A stretch of DNA of 64,000 bases from a virus (IMGVR_UViG_3300035497_000412), one strand, 5' to 3'. Positions 7,899 through 22,714 are shown, counted from the stretch's first letter. Program-made: numbers and translations. Notes: generated by a model from the letters alone, not told the origin.

Positions 7899-10800
7899 AC
7901 TGGAATTCCAAACAATTATCAGTTGTGTTAAACACTAAAGTACATCCTGCTGTAGTGCTACCGCCATCAACTTTAACACTCTTGGCACTAACTTTATTGG
8001 CAACACTAACTCCGCCTTTAACAACGACAGCAGCAGAAGTATAAGTTGAATAACTACTATCTGTCGTCTTACTAAAGGTAGTTATACCCGAGAAAGTCTT
8101 ATTGCCAGCTAGAGTTTGCGCTCCTGTGGTAACAACGCCAGACGCGCTAGCCGCAGCGCTCGGAATAGCGGCAGTCTTTGTAGTTCCGCCAACAGTGGCG
8201 CTAAGAGTAGGTCCAGCAGTAGTTCCAGCAGTCCAAGAAAGCGCAGTAATTGTAGAAGAGGAAGTAGTTGTACAAGGAGTTAACACACCGTTATTCAAAT
8301 AAACAGGTACTGACTCAGAACCAACTGTCGCAGTGCTGTCAGTGGGCACACCAGCCTTTAGATACCAAAGAGTTTCTTCTCCGCCTTTAGTTGAAGTATA
8401 AGCGCTAACCGCATTAGTCCCAGAATAGTAAGTTAAAGCATTAGCTGTAGTAGTACTATTAACCGTTGCGCTTAATGAGTATGTACAAGCAGCAGGGACA
8501 CCCGCATTCCAATATACGGGTCTAGTAGCACTACCATAGGTGTCTGCTGTACCAACGTATAACTTACTCCATCTGACGGAACTAGTACCAAGAGAATAAG
8601 TAGCAGTCGCGGAAGCCACAATATTGCCTGCAAAAGTGCCAGCGCCATTAACGTAACTTGTTCCATTCACATATAGGGTATAAGAAGGAGCAGAAGTACT
8701 ATTAATTGCTACAGCTGTGCTACTAATATAGTGTGAACTAGCGCTAAGCACACTAGTAGAACTAGGATAGTAAATTCTATTAGCTGTGAAACTGGTTAAG
8801 CCAGTACCACCATAAGCAGTTCCAATAGTTGTAGCGTTCCAAGTGCCACCTTTAATTGTTCCTAGATAAGCAAGATTAGAAGATGTACCAGAATAAGCAC
8901 CATTCCAATAAGCCATCATCGAAATATCTGGTACATAATCGTTATTTGTACCCCATCCAAGTGTACTTACAGATGTGGCAGATTTAATTCCAGGAACAGT
9001 GCGGCCGGTACAAGTAGTAATTGTGCCGCTCTTTAAATAAACAGGAGTAGTAGTACTACCGATCGTACTACTACTTTCAGTAGGAACACCCGCATTTAAG
9101 TACCATAATTTAGTTCCGCTACCTTTTGTAGAAGTATAAGAACTAACAGCATTTGTTCCACTGTAATAAGCCAAAGTCCCAGATGTGCCAGAGTTAATGG
9201 TAGAACCAATAGAATAAGAACAAGCTGTAACTTCTCCATTACTATTGACATATACTGGAGTAGAACTGCTACCTACAGCAGTTTTTGGGCTTGCAGTAGT
9301 AATTACTTCTTTCCAATCTTGCCAAGTGCCTGCCTAAGCATTTCTAAAGTAAATACGTTGAGCAGAATCAGTACTTATAGCAAGCTAACAGTCCCAACCA
9401 GCAGTACTATCCCAGTTCATTTGTAAAACATTTGAGTCACTTGGAGCAGCGTTAGAAGTGGTTGAAGAAGTTGACAATAAATGGAATAAGCTTCCAGCTC
9501 CGCCATAAGCAGCAGCCTTATTTAAATCAGATGTAGTCTATCTAGTTTCGTAAAGTTTAAGCTTGGTCGCAGTTGCTGCATTACCAGTATAGTTACTAGC
9601 ATTAATATATTTACTAGTGCTAGTACCAAGATAAATTGTTCCTCCGCCCACTTGAAGGTTTCCGCCGGTTTCCACTAAGTTACCATCTTTATTTAAATAG
9701 AGTTTATTAGAAGTAGTTCCATTCGTTTTAGCCATAATTCCAAGGCTATCAATAGTTACATGATATCCACTGCTATCACCAATTAACACTAAACCAGAAC
9801 CACTTGTTGTTACACTAGCACTACTAGCGGTAGTGCTATTAAAAGTTGTAACTCCATTAAAGGTTTTATTTCCTCCAAAAGTCTATGTACTAGCAGTCAC
9901 AACACCGCCATAACTTTCACTAGCGCTATAAAGAGTTAAAGTTTTAGTTGTTCCACCAATTGTAAGTTTAATAGTTGGCCCTTCATCAGATGCTACCGTT
10001 TGAAAAAATGTAGTAAATAAACTAGAATAGCTATCACAAGAAGTAAATTCTCCGTCTTGTAAATAGACTGGCCGTGTTTCACTACCTATTGTGTGAGTAC
10101 TTTCTGTGGGCACTCCAGAAGATAAATACCATAAATTTAAGCCATTACCAGCAAAAGAAGTATAGGGGCTAATCTCATTCGTCCCAGAATAATAAGCTAA
10201 AGCTCCGACTTTACTGGCACTATTAACAGTAGAGCTAAGTGAATAAGTACAGGCCGCAGGAACTCCATTATTCCAGTATACAGGTTTAGTTGCGCTACCG
10301 TATGAGTCAGCTGTGCCTAGATAAGCTTTACTCCATCTATAGCTAGAAGTACCAAGAGAATAAGTGTTAGTAGTAGAAGGAGCGATATTTCCAGCAAAAC
10401 TCTTAGCACCAGCAAAAGTCTATGCGCCAGTCGTCACAACGCCACTTGCGCTCGCACTTGCGCTCGGCACGGCAACCGCAGAACTAGTACCTCCAGTAGT
10501 TGTAATCTTTAAAGTAGGCCCAGCGGTAGTTCCACCAGTCCAAGTAACAGAAGGTGTGGTAAAGCTTCCATGACTAACCGCAATTTTACCATCAGTCTAG
10601 GTGACTTTTGATACATAACCACTTACGCTATCACTCACATCAAGAGCGTTTATTAAACCAGCTGCTGTTCCTTTAGTGTCATAACTACTTTCAGCGCCTA
10701 ATAGTTCCCACCAAGACCCAGTCCAAACATACTCTCCATTACCACTACTGTCAATAACAACATCACCAGTAATAGGAGTGACAGAAGAACCATTAATAGT

Positions 10801-12240
10801 AACTGCGGCAGTTGTTAAGCCATCACTCATTGTAGTACTTGTTTGACCGATATATCTTAGCGCAGAAGAAAGATTTAAATCAGCCGCAGTAACAGTAACC
10901 GCTGAAGAGCCATTAAAGACCTTCTGCCCAATGGTTAACGAATTATTAACCTAGTCTGCGGACGCCGCATTACCGGTCACTTGCGCCACTGTTAAAGTAT
11001 TAGTAGAAGGATTATATTTAAAATCATTATCATAAACAGGTCTGCCAACTGCGCCAGCATCAGCGAACCAAACGCATCTAGCGATATCATTAGTACCAGC
11101 TTGAATTCCGCTGTAAGTAAATCCACCAGTTTTCTATATTGTTAAACTACCACTACTATTAATAGTTTTATCTCCAGTAAGTGTTTGCGCTCCGGTCGTA
11201 ATAAGGCCCGCCGCACTAGCAGAAGCAATCGGTAAAGATAATGCTTTAGCTGTTAAACTAGTACTCTGTCCATTCTTTGGAGTGATAGTAAAAGCTGTAC
11301 CACTAGATGAAGTACCCCAATCCGCAAAGTAAGTAGTATCAATTTGATTACCATATACATCAGAAGTAGCATTTGTAATAGTACCACTAATTCCTCCTGG
11401 AATTTTCATTAAACCGGTAGAAGGATTAAGTGTAGGAACTATTGAAGTGTCATCCCACATAACACCGTAAACGCTACTGGAGGAACTATTTGTTCCAGAA
11501 GTACCTATACTAGAAGCTGCGGTTCTACTTACCAATAAGGGATAATCGCTATCGTATCCACTGGTTTGACGATAAACTCGTAAAGCGACATTACCATCGT
11601 CATAATTATCACCAACAACTTCCCAAGCGCCATTACCACTATTAACTAATGAACTTGTTGTATAAGTTAACCGTAGAACTGAACCAGCAGGAAAATGTGT
11701 TGTTACATTATTATTTCCTCTTCGTCTTACTGGAGCCGCAGTCAAACTACCTAATTTTAATGTTGCCGCACTACCAGTACCAGCATAAGGAAGGAGATAA
11801 TCAATTGTTAAACCGTCATAATAAGAAGTGATTCCATTGGGCAAAGCACCAGTCCACGCATTTGTGGCAGCGGTTTGAGTGCCTGTTACATAAAAACTAC
11901 TCCAACCAACTTTGCCAGCACTATTGGTAATTAAATGTTCTCCTGCAGTGGCCGCACTAGAATCTCTATATCCAATAGCTTCTAAAATATCATCAAGGTC
12001 AAAAAGATTTGAAGAGCCTTCTAAATAAGTAGCCCTATCCGCGAATTCAGCAGTTTTTGCTTTATTAGCATTTATCTAAATTCTAGCTCCAGCAGTTATT
12101 GCTGCACTATGACTATCGTAGGTTCCAGTTTTTATATCGATATAAAAATTACCTTCATCAGTTGTAAAATAAGCGTAACCTTCAGTAGTCTATTTAGGTA
12201 AATTCGTAGCTTGTCCTTTAAGGATTTTGAATAAAGCCAT
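7891..12240 (-). CDS. Long tail fibre protein (~1449 aa)
   Basis: ORF-track fragments 11844, 10830, 10113, 9789 and 9174 share one frame joined by TAGs; S/T/G-rich with repeated SGVVTTGAQT.AG.K and GS...PVY..G units. Confidence 0.85.
8100..10545 (-). repeat. Internal duplicated modules of the tail fibre
   Basis: TYSLGTSS.RWSK.Y.GTAD.YGSAT.PVYWN.GVPAACTYSLS at ~8470-8610 and ~10230-10365; YYSGTN...LWYL..GVPT three times. Confidence 0.7.
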
Positions 12241-12269
12241 TTAAACGCTCCTTTCTTTCTAAAATATAA

Positions 12270-12315
12270 CAAAAAAATGGGGAAGACCCCACAAATATAG
12301 TAAGATCTTCCCCAT
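12270..12315 (-). terminator. Terminator-like hairpin
   Basis: ATGGGGAAGA / TCTTCCCCAT stem followed by a T run on the - strand. Confidence 0.6.
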
Positions 12316-12407
12316 ATAAAATTCTTATATTAGATAGAAAAGTATCTTACCTTTCTAAAGGTATATAAGTTTTCTATCTTAATATTTTAAGCTCTCCGTC
12401 CAAAAAA

Positions 12408-13091
12408 TTAAACGTCAATCCAAAAAGTGGTAGACTCATTTCTGACAGTAGATAAGTCATTATAAATCTAAGTCACAATGCTAGTATCAATTTTGAATGT
12501 CTCTAAATCTTCATCGCTCAAATCCATTCCATGAAGAATTTCTCCAGTTTGCGGACGAGTGCTCATATTATATAAATATTTTCTATCTTCCGCAGCTGTT
12601 TGATAATCTCCATTTAATTTATAAAAGCGAATAGAAAATGTAATAGTTCCAGAATAGGCAGTAGCTAAGCCGCCGATAGACCAAGGAATTAATATTACAG
12701 GAGTAATAGTTTCTTCACCATTTTCATCAGTCTCAATATCATAATGACTAGTGTCAAAATAAGGAACCCAATAGATTCCTGCATCTTGAACCATTTTCTT
12801 ACCTTCCAAATGCTCAGCATTAAGGTATTCAATAACACAAACCGTATTAGTTAAATCCATGTTATCATAGTAACGAGCGCATTTAAAATAGATAATTTCA
12901 GCATTATGGTCAAATTGGACACTTAAAAAACTAGGTGTGTTAACTTTTCTTGTATTTAAATCAATTTCATAAATCTAATCTTCATTTGGAACTAAATTTA
13001 CAATTTGTGGATAGTTAACTCCACTTTCATCAGCATAGTTCTAAATATCAAATAATAAATCTTCGTAAGAAGTTACATTTGTTACTGACAT
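12408..13091 (-). CDS. Baseplate/upper-baseplate (BppU-like) protein
   Basis: TAG-joined 227-aa ORF; IDLNTRKV..P.FLSVQ.DHNAEIIYF...RYYDNMDL...FSIRFY; paralogous to the N-terminus of the upstream gene. Confidence 0.65.
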
Positions 13092-13123
13092 AACACATTA
13101 CTCCTTTCTCAATTTATATTTGA

Positions 13124-14989
13124 TTACACTTGCGCGACGCGAATTGTATCAGAATAAACGATATCACTTGAAGCGCCATTAACATTGTTCTTAGCAACAC
13201 AGTAGTAAGAACCGCCAGCGCTAACAGTTAACTCAACAGTACCAGTATTGTCAACCAATTCAATGGTAACAGGTTCAGTCATGCGTAGATCGTTGGAAGG
13301 ATCATTGACCTCATCCTCGCCATCAGCTTTCTTAATCTGGAACCATTGATAAGTAACACTATCAGAAACCATATCGGGTGTCTGAATAACCGCAGTAATA
13401 ACCTTTGTAGTACCCTCGCGCAGCTCAACACCCTCTGTGCCACGAGCGCAAATAGGTTCATGAGGCTTATCAGTGACACGGAAATTCTCAACCTGGACCT
13501 CAGTCTCATCGCCATTACGAGAGGCATGGATGGCCACTTGATAAATTTCATCAAAAGTAGCTCTAGCATCTTCATCAACAGCAGGAACGGTATAAGTATT
13601 CTCAACATTGATCTCAGAAGTCTCGGTCTGAAGCTCATCACCGCCATTTAACCACTGATAGGTAATCTTATCACCAAACTGAGCGGTAGTACCAGTAGCA
13701 GAAAGAATCACTTCTCCGTCCTCGGTTAAGAAGCTATTTTCTTGTCCCTCAGGGTAAGAAATCTCAAGCACTTCTGGGCCAGGAATGCGCACAATATCAC
13801 TTGAGGTCGTGGCCTTAGAAAGACCGGTACGATTAACCGCAGTCACTTGATAATCGCCAGTCTTAGTGGCAGTATAAGTACTAAACTTCTCTAAGAGAAC
13901 CGCCTTATCCTCATCGCTAATAGCAGTTCCAACCATTCCTTGAGAAACAGTATAAATCTCATAGCTATCAATACCATCAGCATTCTTTTTCACATAATAA
14001 GCATGATCAGCACTATAAGTCTCATCTTTAGTAGGCAGATACTCAACATTACTAATTAGGTTGTTCTATTGGCCAGAGCCAAGAGCAGTTCTAGTCCACT
14101 CGTAGGTAATAATACCACCGTCATCAGAAGTAGCCTCAACCTGGAAGGTATAACTATCAGGGTCACCAGCAACTAAATCGACAAGATGATACTTAACACC
14201 ATCTTCCTCAATGTGATTGAAGCAATCATCCTCACTAGTAGGAATGGTATACAGGAACATAGGCTCGACGGCCTGAGTAATATCGTCAGGTGTCACACTA
14301 TCCTTAAACCGATCAAACACTGTCTGAAAATCATCAAAAACCTCAACAGTAGGCTCGCCATCAATAAACGCATAATTTAAACCAGGATTAATAGTAGCAG
14401 TAGCTGTTAAAGTGCTCAGACTAAAAGTAATGCTCTTCTTATTATCCACGGTTTGAGTACGATAGAAACGTACAGAGAACTTAATAGTGCCAGCAAACTC
14501 AGTGATACTAGAGTTAATAGCCCAACCAAACAGAACTTTTCCTTCAGCCTTACGAATGGTGATATCCTTGAAAATAGCAGGAGAAATACCCTTATTAGTG
14601 GTCTTGCCATTTGCGGCAGTTTCCCACTGAATAATAATATTCACATCGTCGTCATAAAGATCGGTTGTGTCAAAATATCTATCAATAGTGAAATAAACGA
14701 TTTCGGCAATTTGATCGCCCTGAACAGACAAACCGTTCTTCTTAAAGTCAGCAGGAACAGTAATCTGTCGAGTATTCGCGTCAATGTCAAAAGTAGGCTC
14801 GTCTAAAGGCAGGACCGCATACACTTGATCCAACGCTGCTAAAGAACCAAAACAGGTAAAATACTCATCTAAAGAAGAGATTTCCACAGGAACGCCGCCA
14901 TTAGAAGACTCAGCAGAATAAGCTTTACTAGCTTTCTCAAATAAAGCTCTGTAAAGACCCTTATTCTCTTTAGTTACTTTTGTAATCAC
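13124..14989 (-). CDS. BppU-like N-terminal domain plus Ig-like repeats (virion protein, ~621 aa)
   Basis: ORFs 14066-14989 and 13124-13993 joined through TAG; ITYQW...G.YYC.A.N Ig-like signatures. Confidence 0.75.
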
Positions 14990-15084
14990 TACACAATCAT
15001 CCTTTCTATATATTTTATTAGTAGGATTAAGGCTTTTGGCCCTAACCCTACTAATATATTTAAAAACTTACATGAGTTAAATAA

Positions 15085-15297
15085 TCATTCTTGGCCTTTA
15101 TCTTCAATCTCTGTCCACTTATCTAAGTCGCTCTCCGGGATGGTGATAGAATGATAAGTAGATTCTCCATTTGTTAAAAGTTTACCATCAGCTGCGGTTA
15201 AATGCAGTAATCTGACATAGTAAATATCTTCCAAATGGACAGGAGATTCAATAATTCCATTAGTACCAAGATACCTATAAAAAACTTGCTGTTTCAC
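15085..15297 (-). CDS. Small tail-associated hypothetical protein
   Basis: 70-aa ORF with AAGGAG RBS, directly after the giant protein. Confidence 0.7.
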   Translation of the reverse strand: MKQQVFYRYLGTNGIIESPVHLEDIYYVRLLHLTAADGKLLTNGESTYHSITIPESDLDKWTEIEDKGQE

Positions 15298-15313
15298 TTA
15301 TAATCTCCTTTCA

Positions 15314-18300
15314 TTATCCATTAACAGAAACATAGCTAACAGGCACAGTTTCAGAAAGATCAAAGTTAGGCACAATCTCAGTAGCCCACTTGGTAGAATT
15401 GGTAGAGTCAATATAGCAAGTGACTGATGTCAAATCGTTACAATTGCGGAAGACATTAGAACCAATTTCAGTTAACTGAGAAGCCTTATCAGAAGAGCCA
15501 AATGTAATGCTAGTCATTTCTGAATTATTGAAAGCATATGTTCCTAAATAAGTCAGTTGAGAGCTAAAGTTTAGCGCTCCGTGCATTGGGCATCTAACAA
15601 AGCTATAAGTACCAATGCTACGAATATTTTTGAACATATTATCTAAATCACTTTGAGTGAAATCAACATAATCTCTATGGAATAAGTAAGTATTGTTATT
15701 AAAACAATAATTACCTAGCGTAGTTACAGAAGAAGGCATCTCAAAGTAGACTAGTGAACTCATCTGGTAGAAAGCTCTTTCTGAGAAAGTTGTAATCGGG
15801 CAAGTACCATCAGTCTTAGCCCAGAAGATATGCGTCACATCGGGTTGATTGATAAAAGCGCTATCTCCAATAGTGTTAATAGCCTTGCCATTAACGATAA
15901 CAGGAACAGTAATCTTGCCTTTCAGCTTAACGCCATCAAGAACTCTTAATGTAGTATTACCAGCAGAGTTAGTATCAATACTAAAATACTCATCGCCAAG
16001 CACATTATCATACACACTGACTTCCTTAAAGATAGGAGCAAAACGAGTATAACTACTAATTAAAACGCCATTTGACAAATCGGTGGGCGTTCCAAGAGTG
16101 ACGTCATTAACAACCTCATTAATACCAATCTTGCGCCAGCCCTGTAATCCATATGTCATGGACAAGGCCAACTTAGAGTCATCTAATGTAGGAGTGTAAG
16201 AAGTACCGGGCGCATATGCTCTCTTACCATCATCGACGATTTCATCATAATATTCTGTCATATTGCCATTATAGAAACGAGCCACATATCTCTTAATTGA
16301 ATAGATAGCATAAAAGACGTAATCAGTTTTACCTTCCTCTAATTTTAAAGTATCCCAGGTGTCAGAGATAATTGATTGCGCAGACTGCGTTGTGCCATCA
16401 TCTGGAGCAACATCAGAATATCTAATAACTAAATCTGTACCTTCTGGATTCGTTGACCATCCAACGAAATTATAGTTAGGCATATAATCTTTCAAATCAC
16501 TTAAAGAGTAACTGGGTTTATTAAAGAAAGTCACATCTTCACTGTGGTCTTTAGAAATCTTCTGGCTACCAATTAAAGTCTGAGTATTATTCTGCTGGAT
16601 AACGAACTTAGCAGAATAGCCCTTAATAACCTTCTTAAAGAAGAAAGTTAAATCAGGATATTTATCTTGATAGAGAGACTGAATATCTCCTTCGTCAATT
16701 TCTGTGTCGTTATCAATGTAAACAATACCAGTAATAGTAGGAATATCGCTACCAGTTAAGCTCTTAATAACAGAACTGTCTGCTAATTGAGTAAACAGGG
16801 TGGGGCTTGTGATATTCGCACCATCACCTTCAATACCAGCGATATCTGTATCATATAAGTAAATAGCTTTATTATTCAGATTCAATTGCCATTCATCGTC
16901 AGAAGCAGGAACATAAGCGTCTAAACCAAAGTGACCATTATCTAAATAATATTTCTAAGTTTCATCATATTCAGTTTCAGTATCTTCAATTAAACTATAA
17001 GGACTCCACTGAACATCTGTTAAACTAACTTTGCGCTCGACATTACGATTACTACTACTAGCCCAATAGAATTTCTCTAATAATTTATAAGAATTATAAC
17101 CTAAACCGCCACCAGCGATATTTAAAGTAGTAATCTTGGTAGTGGCATTATCATTATCCTTATCAGTTAAATCAGCAATATACAGACCCTGGTCAGCTTC
17201 AGCGACCTCGAGTTTACCTGTAATACTATTCTTAACAGGATTATGATATTCAGTAACTAAATTCTTTAACAGGCGGGCTTCAGTCAACTTCAATGTCGTA
17301 GTCTCAGAAGTCAAATATAGAGTATTTAACGCAACGCCATCAGCGAATGTAACCTGAACGATATTAGAACCAGTATTTCTGAAATTCTCTAATTTTTCAC
17401 AACTAGAAAAGTCAAATGTAACATTATTATCTTTAAACTTAATGTTACTCAGGTTAACCTCCTTCAGAAGAGGCATACCATCTCCACTTGCGCCGGCCGG
17501 CACAGTCCAGGTATTAACACCTTCATTCTTATAAGAACGTCCGCCCTCATCAAGGCCATCATAGCCCATCAGTAAATCAGTCATTTTAGTAGCAGAGCCA
17601 GTTAACTCAAACTCTTGTAAGTATAACTTACTTAAATCACCAAGGCTCTTCATCTGATTCAAACCGTAAATGTAATATAACTGTTCTCTGTAGTTGCCAC
17701 TGTTCATAACACCGTTCTTTAGGTCAGAAGTCACGAACCGCACAGGAGAACCAGTATATTTTTCAGATGGGAAATTGGCTGCGTCAGTACCAACAGTCAC
17801 ATAAGAATTCCTGATGGGTGTCATAGTCACCCAATATTCGCCATCAAACTCATGGACCTTATTACCAAACTCAACGCCATCTTCCCAATATGGCTCATTA
17901 GTAGTCAATCCAGTAACACCATTAGTAGCAGTACCAGAAATCCACTGGTCAGAGGTATTAACAGGGTTGTTAGCAGAAATACGACTTCTGATTCTGTTGG
18001 AACCACCACGAGCGTAGTTGTCAAGAGTCAGCCAAGAGTCAATGTACTCTAAGCGGTTGGTTAAGAATTGCTGACGATACAACTTTCTATCACCCTGAAG
18101 CGCATAGAAGTAAGTGTCTCCTTCAACAGAATACTCACCAGCATCAGTTAAACGACCCCAATAAGTGTTCTTAGCTTTCTCGTTAGTAGGAGTAATATAT
18201 TTGTAATACTCGCCAAGGTTAAAAGCAACTAAAGGTCTATCTCCACGCATCGCATAACTATCAGTCACATCTGCATCAGAAGTATACCATTTTTCAACAG

Positions 18301-21300
18301 TAGAAACCTTATTGCCAGAAGTGTCTCTCTTAAACAGAGGGTTAGACAATGCTGTAGTAAAGATGTTAGAAGAGTCACCCATTAACTGCTTGTATTTCTC
18401 AATAATAGTTCCCTTGAAGTAATAATAAAAATTATTCCAAAGAACACTATCGTTAGTAGAGAAAGAGCCATCTTCGGTAGCATCAACATAATACTCAAAA
18501 GAAGGAATACCAGTATTATTAATACCTAATTGAGTATCAATATCATAGAAGATAGGATACCAGATATACTCTCCGCCCTTCTTTTGCGGACCCCAGGACG
18601 CAAACATTGCGTTCTTTCCACGAGAATCATAACACTCAAAAATTTCAGTCATAATGAAATAAGTAGCTAAATACTCAACATCAAAGTGCTTAGACAGCTC
18701 ATTGATAAATTTAGCCTGACGATATTCTTTAGTGTCTTTAGTATATGTCTTACTACCATAGGTAACAGGAGTAGCTAAAGTCCAATAGTCGTCAATTAAA
18801 GACTCATCTTCGCTTAAACTATAATAAGTCTCATTCTCATTGAAACTATCTTCATTAATTAAATAAATGCCATTATCGGCATCGATTAAAGTATAATAGG
18901 TTTTTGTCTTATAAACCTTATCAGAATCATCAGTTAACAGAATCACACGATAAACGCCATCTTCGAGAATATAATAAGTCTCATCAGCATTCATTGTAGC
19001 ATCTGTGCTCAATTCATAGTTCTCATCGGTCTAAGTGTAATATTTATTCTTTTGATATAAAGCTTCGGCTAAATTCTTGACTTCTACATAAGTTCCGATT
19101 GAAGGAATCGTTTTCCCATCGACTTCACTATCTGTACAAGTACTCCAAACCCAAGCAACAGCCTTTTCCCAGTTACTATATAAGTCTAACATCAACTGAC
19201 GTCCAGAAGCAGGATTGTTAACCAGGTCAACTTGCTCTCCTTTACTATTGAAAATCTTATCGTTCTCTTCTTCTGTAGCAGCTTTTTCAACTGTAATTTT
19301 TCCAGGAGCTGAGTTAACGAAACTTCCAACAAGAGCAGCCTGATTTGTTTCAGTAGAAGCATTATTTAAATCGTATAAAATATCAAAATTATCATCATTA
19401 GCACTATAACGATATTCAAAAGAGTCAGCAACAATAGGCGCACCATTTGCGGTCAGCTCATCAGTCGCTCCTTCGGGGGCCGCAAAGCTTAATTCTTTTC
19501 TACCCCAAGGATCTCTAAAAGAGCAGAACCCGCGAGAGTTATTTTCAAACTCCCAGCATTCAGCGATATCTCTGACCCTATAACTTTCATCATCAATCGC
19601 CGCAGTTGTGATTTTCTTATCAGGTTTAAAACCATAGACTTCAGCAGAACCCTTATCGGTAAGCATATTATAAATGCCAATAAAGATAGGTTCACTACCG
19701 TCATCTGGCTCATGGAAAGTCAGTACAGGGAAGCCTTGGACCGAAGTACGATAATCATCTTCATCGCCATATAAGCTATAGTTCTCAAATACTGACTTAT
19801 AGTCTTCAATTGGGTGCTTAGAATAAGTGGTAGCGACCAAGTTAGCAAAACCTCTATTGTAATCACCAGAAGACTCCATATAATCAATCTTTAAGGTGAA
19901 CTTATCAGTTCCAACAGTGTCATTATCAAAATAGAATGACGTACAAGGAGTAGACTTGGGGTCTTCCGCATAAGCTAAAGCAAAAGGACCACGATTATTA
20001 TACATATTACCTTTAGTCTTAGCCTTAAAGTTTCTACGAGGATAAAACTGTGAAGAAGTCCCCTGAACACTAAAACTCACTTTATTATCTGCGCTAATCC
20101 AACTAGGGCAATGATGTAAATAGTATTCTTCAACTGTCACGCCAGCCTCTTCGGCTTTCTTAGACAGAGTGCCATTCGCATAAGCAGCATCAAGCGCAGT
20201 ATTTACGAACTCCATGCTACCAACAACAGCTTCTTTATTCTTAGAATAAGGAAGTCTATTTTGGCTATTCGCAGCCGTGGTGTGTAAAACCATATAAGGC
20301 ATTAAAGGAGCTGTAGGATGCTCTTCATTATAAGTAATCATTTTATTATAAGAGAACAGATACTCGTTAAGATTATTATTCATAGTGCAAAGATCTTTTT
20401 GATCCCACATAGCGGTATCTTTTAAATCAAAAGCATAGTTTTGAATAATCTCAGGAATTAAAAGAGCTTTATCATAAGTTCTAATCTTATACAGGTCAAT
20501 ATCGCAAACCTCAGAATTGAATGTAATCTCTTTAGAATTAATGGTCCAAGAGTTCTTCTAACTAGAACGTGCGATGCCAGTAAGCACACCATTCAGATAA
20601 ATCTCCATCAGCAAATCTCCGCCAGTAGTAGTAGAGCCACCAGTAAAGACAAATGCTAAATTTAGCATCTGATCCTCGATAAAATCAACAGTAATAGCAT
20701 TTGTGCCATTAGTGAAGAAAGCGTCGGCAGGACCAATATAAATACCAGGATTGGAATCTGACATCTCACCAGCCGCAGTCTTAGCAGCATAGCTACAAAT
20801 CACATTACTAAAATCAAAAGCTTTATAAGTGCTAGAATACTCTAAGTCATCATACGAAGGTACTCCGCTATCAGCATTTGCTTCTAACCAATAGTTAGCT
20901 AAATAAGCATCATAGTTACTATAGCCAGTATTTTTCTGAGCTAAGAAATCAGCAAACGCTTTTTCATCGCTCCAGCCACTCTCATCAGTATAACGAGTGT
21001 AGCTAGTAACTAGCTTAGAATAATTCTGAACATTTTTAATTTTAAATTGTAATTCAATAGTATGCGCGGTCGTGGTGTTACCACCGCCCTAGAATTCCAT
21101 TACTGAACCAACTGGAATAGACACAGAAGCGCCATTACTAATTCTCAGGCAAGTGGTTTGATTATCATCAAACACCCAACCATTGTTATACCAGTTAAAG
21201 TTCTTGAAAGTAGCTTTCTCTCCAGCAACAATTAATGTCTCTCTCTTGGCCTTGCTCTCTGTATTAGAGCGTCCTTTAGAATCGAAACTAGCAGTTGGAG

Positions 21301-22714
21301 TAGGAATAACTTGCATATGCCGAGGATCTTCAAGAATGGTAAAAGTTAAATTTCTCTTAGTCTCTTTCTCATCTTTGCCAATACGAATAGTGTAATAAGA
21401 TGAATCATTAACCTCAAGGTCAGAAATTTCCCAATAGCTCCAATCGGTTAAAGTAGACTCAATATTTCTGGGAGAACCATCAATTTCAACACCATTCTTT
21501 GACAGATGGACTTCAACATACTGAGAAGCGTCTGGGTCATATACACGATAGGGTACTAAAATGGTATCATACTCATAATAGGTGTCAGCGCAATCACCCA
21601 GCCAGATTAAAGGCATGGTATTATCAACTTTAAGAGCAATCTCTTTGCTAATAAACTCAGTGCCGTTACCACGAGTCCCATCGGTTTTAGTTAAACTAAC
21701 CTTTGCTTTAATAATATGCGCTCCATGAGTAAACAAACTAGCAATTGTATCTTTAGTCTCAGTACCATCAAAATTCTTAATGGTTGTATTTGCTGTAATT
21801 GTATAGTTAATATCAGAAGACGTTGAAGACTTATCTAGTTTTCCAACATACACAAGCTGGTCATCAAAATATAAATCAAAAATACGATTTAATCCAGTTG
21901 ACACTTGGCATTGAACATTAACTGAACCGTTTTCAAAATATCTTAAACTATCAAACGCGGTTGTGTTCCAAGAAAGCTCTAAGGCGTGAGTTGTGATTGT
22001 AACTTCATTACTAGGTACACTAAACTCGTTTGATTCAGAAGGATTAGCAGTACAAATAATCTTTGTTTCAGTGTCTTCTCTTAATAAGGAAGTCGCATCA
22101 TAAGTGAAAGGCACATCATGTTCTGCGGTCCGTGTTTCTGAATAATAAGTTTTATAAGTATTAGATACAGAATCCTTTGCGGCCAGCGCAATTGTCACAG
22201 GGACATTAGCCTGCACGGGATCGTTATCATATGTCATAGAAGTAACAGTAATAGTAACAGTAGCGGTATCACCATTTAAAATATCAGGTTCGCCATCGTT
22301 GCTAATGCTAACTTTTCCTCGTTTTGTACCTCCTGTACTAATGCCCCCACCAGAGCCACTAACAGAAAGTCTCACGCACACAACTTTATTAGCGTTAATT
22401 TCTAAAACCTTATAAAAACATCCATCTGATTGATTTAGGATTAAATCTCCAACCTTACAATTAACATAATCGGTAATCAGTCTTAAATCTAAAGTAAACT
22501 GATCATCAATTAATGAATCTTGTTGAGGAAGGGGATCACTACCATAAAACAAAGAAATACCATTGCCGCCAATAATAAGTTTATTTAGTTCAGCGGTGTC
22601 TAAATAAATACGGCCTGTATCAGTAGTAAAATAAATATTACCATTTGATTTGGGCATTTGGAGGATAGTCTTTTCTTTGCCTCGAATAGGAGTAAATTTT
22701 ATATTATCACTCAT
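15314..22714 (-). CDS. Giant virion-associated protein (~2466 aa) with CotH-like kinase domain and C-terminal BspA-type LRRs
   Basis: Five ORF-track fragments in one frame joined by TAG; motifs VQGTSSQFYPRRNFK, LKIDYMESS, GIYNMLTDKG, DSRGKN, FYDIDTQLG; IGDSAF/LGNYCF/LGTYAF repeats at the C-terminus. Confidence 0.8.
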
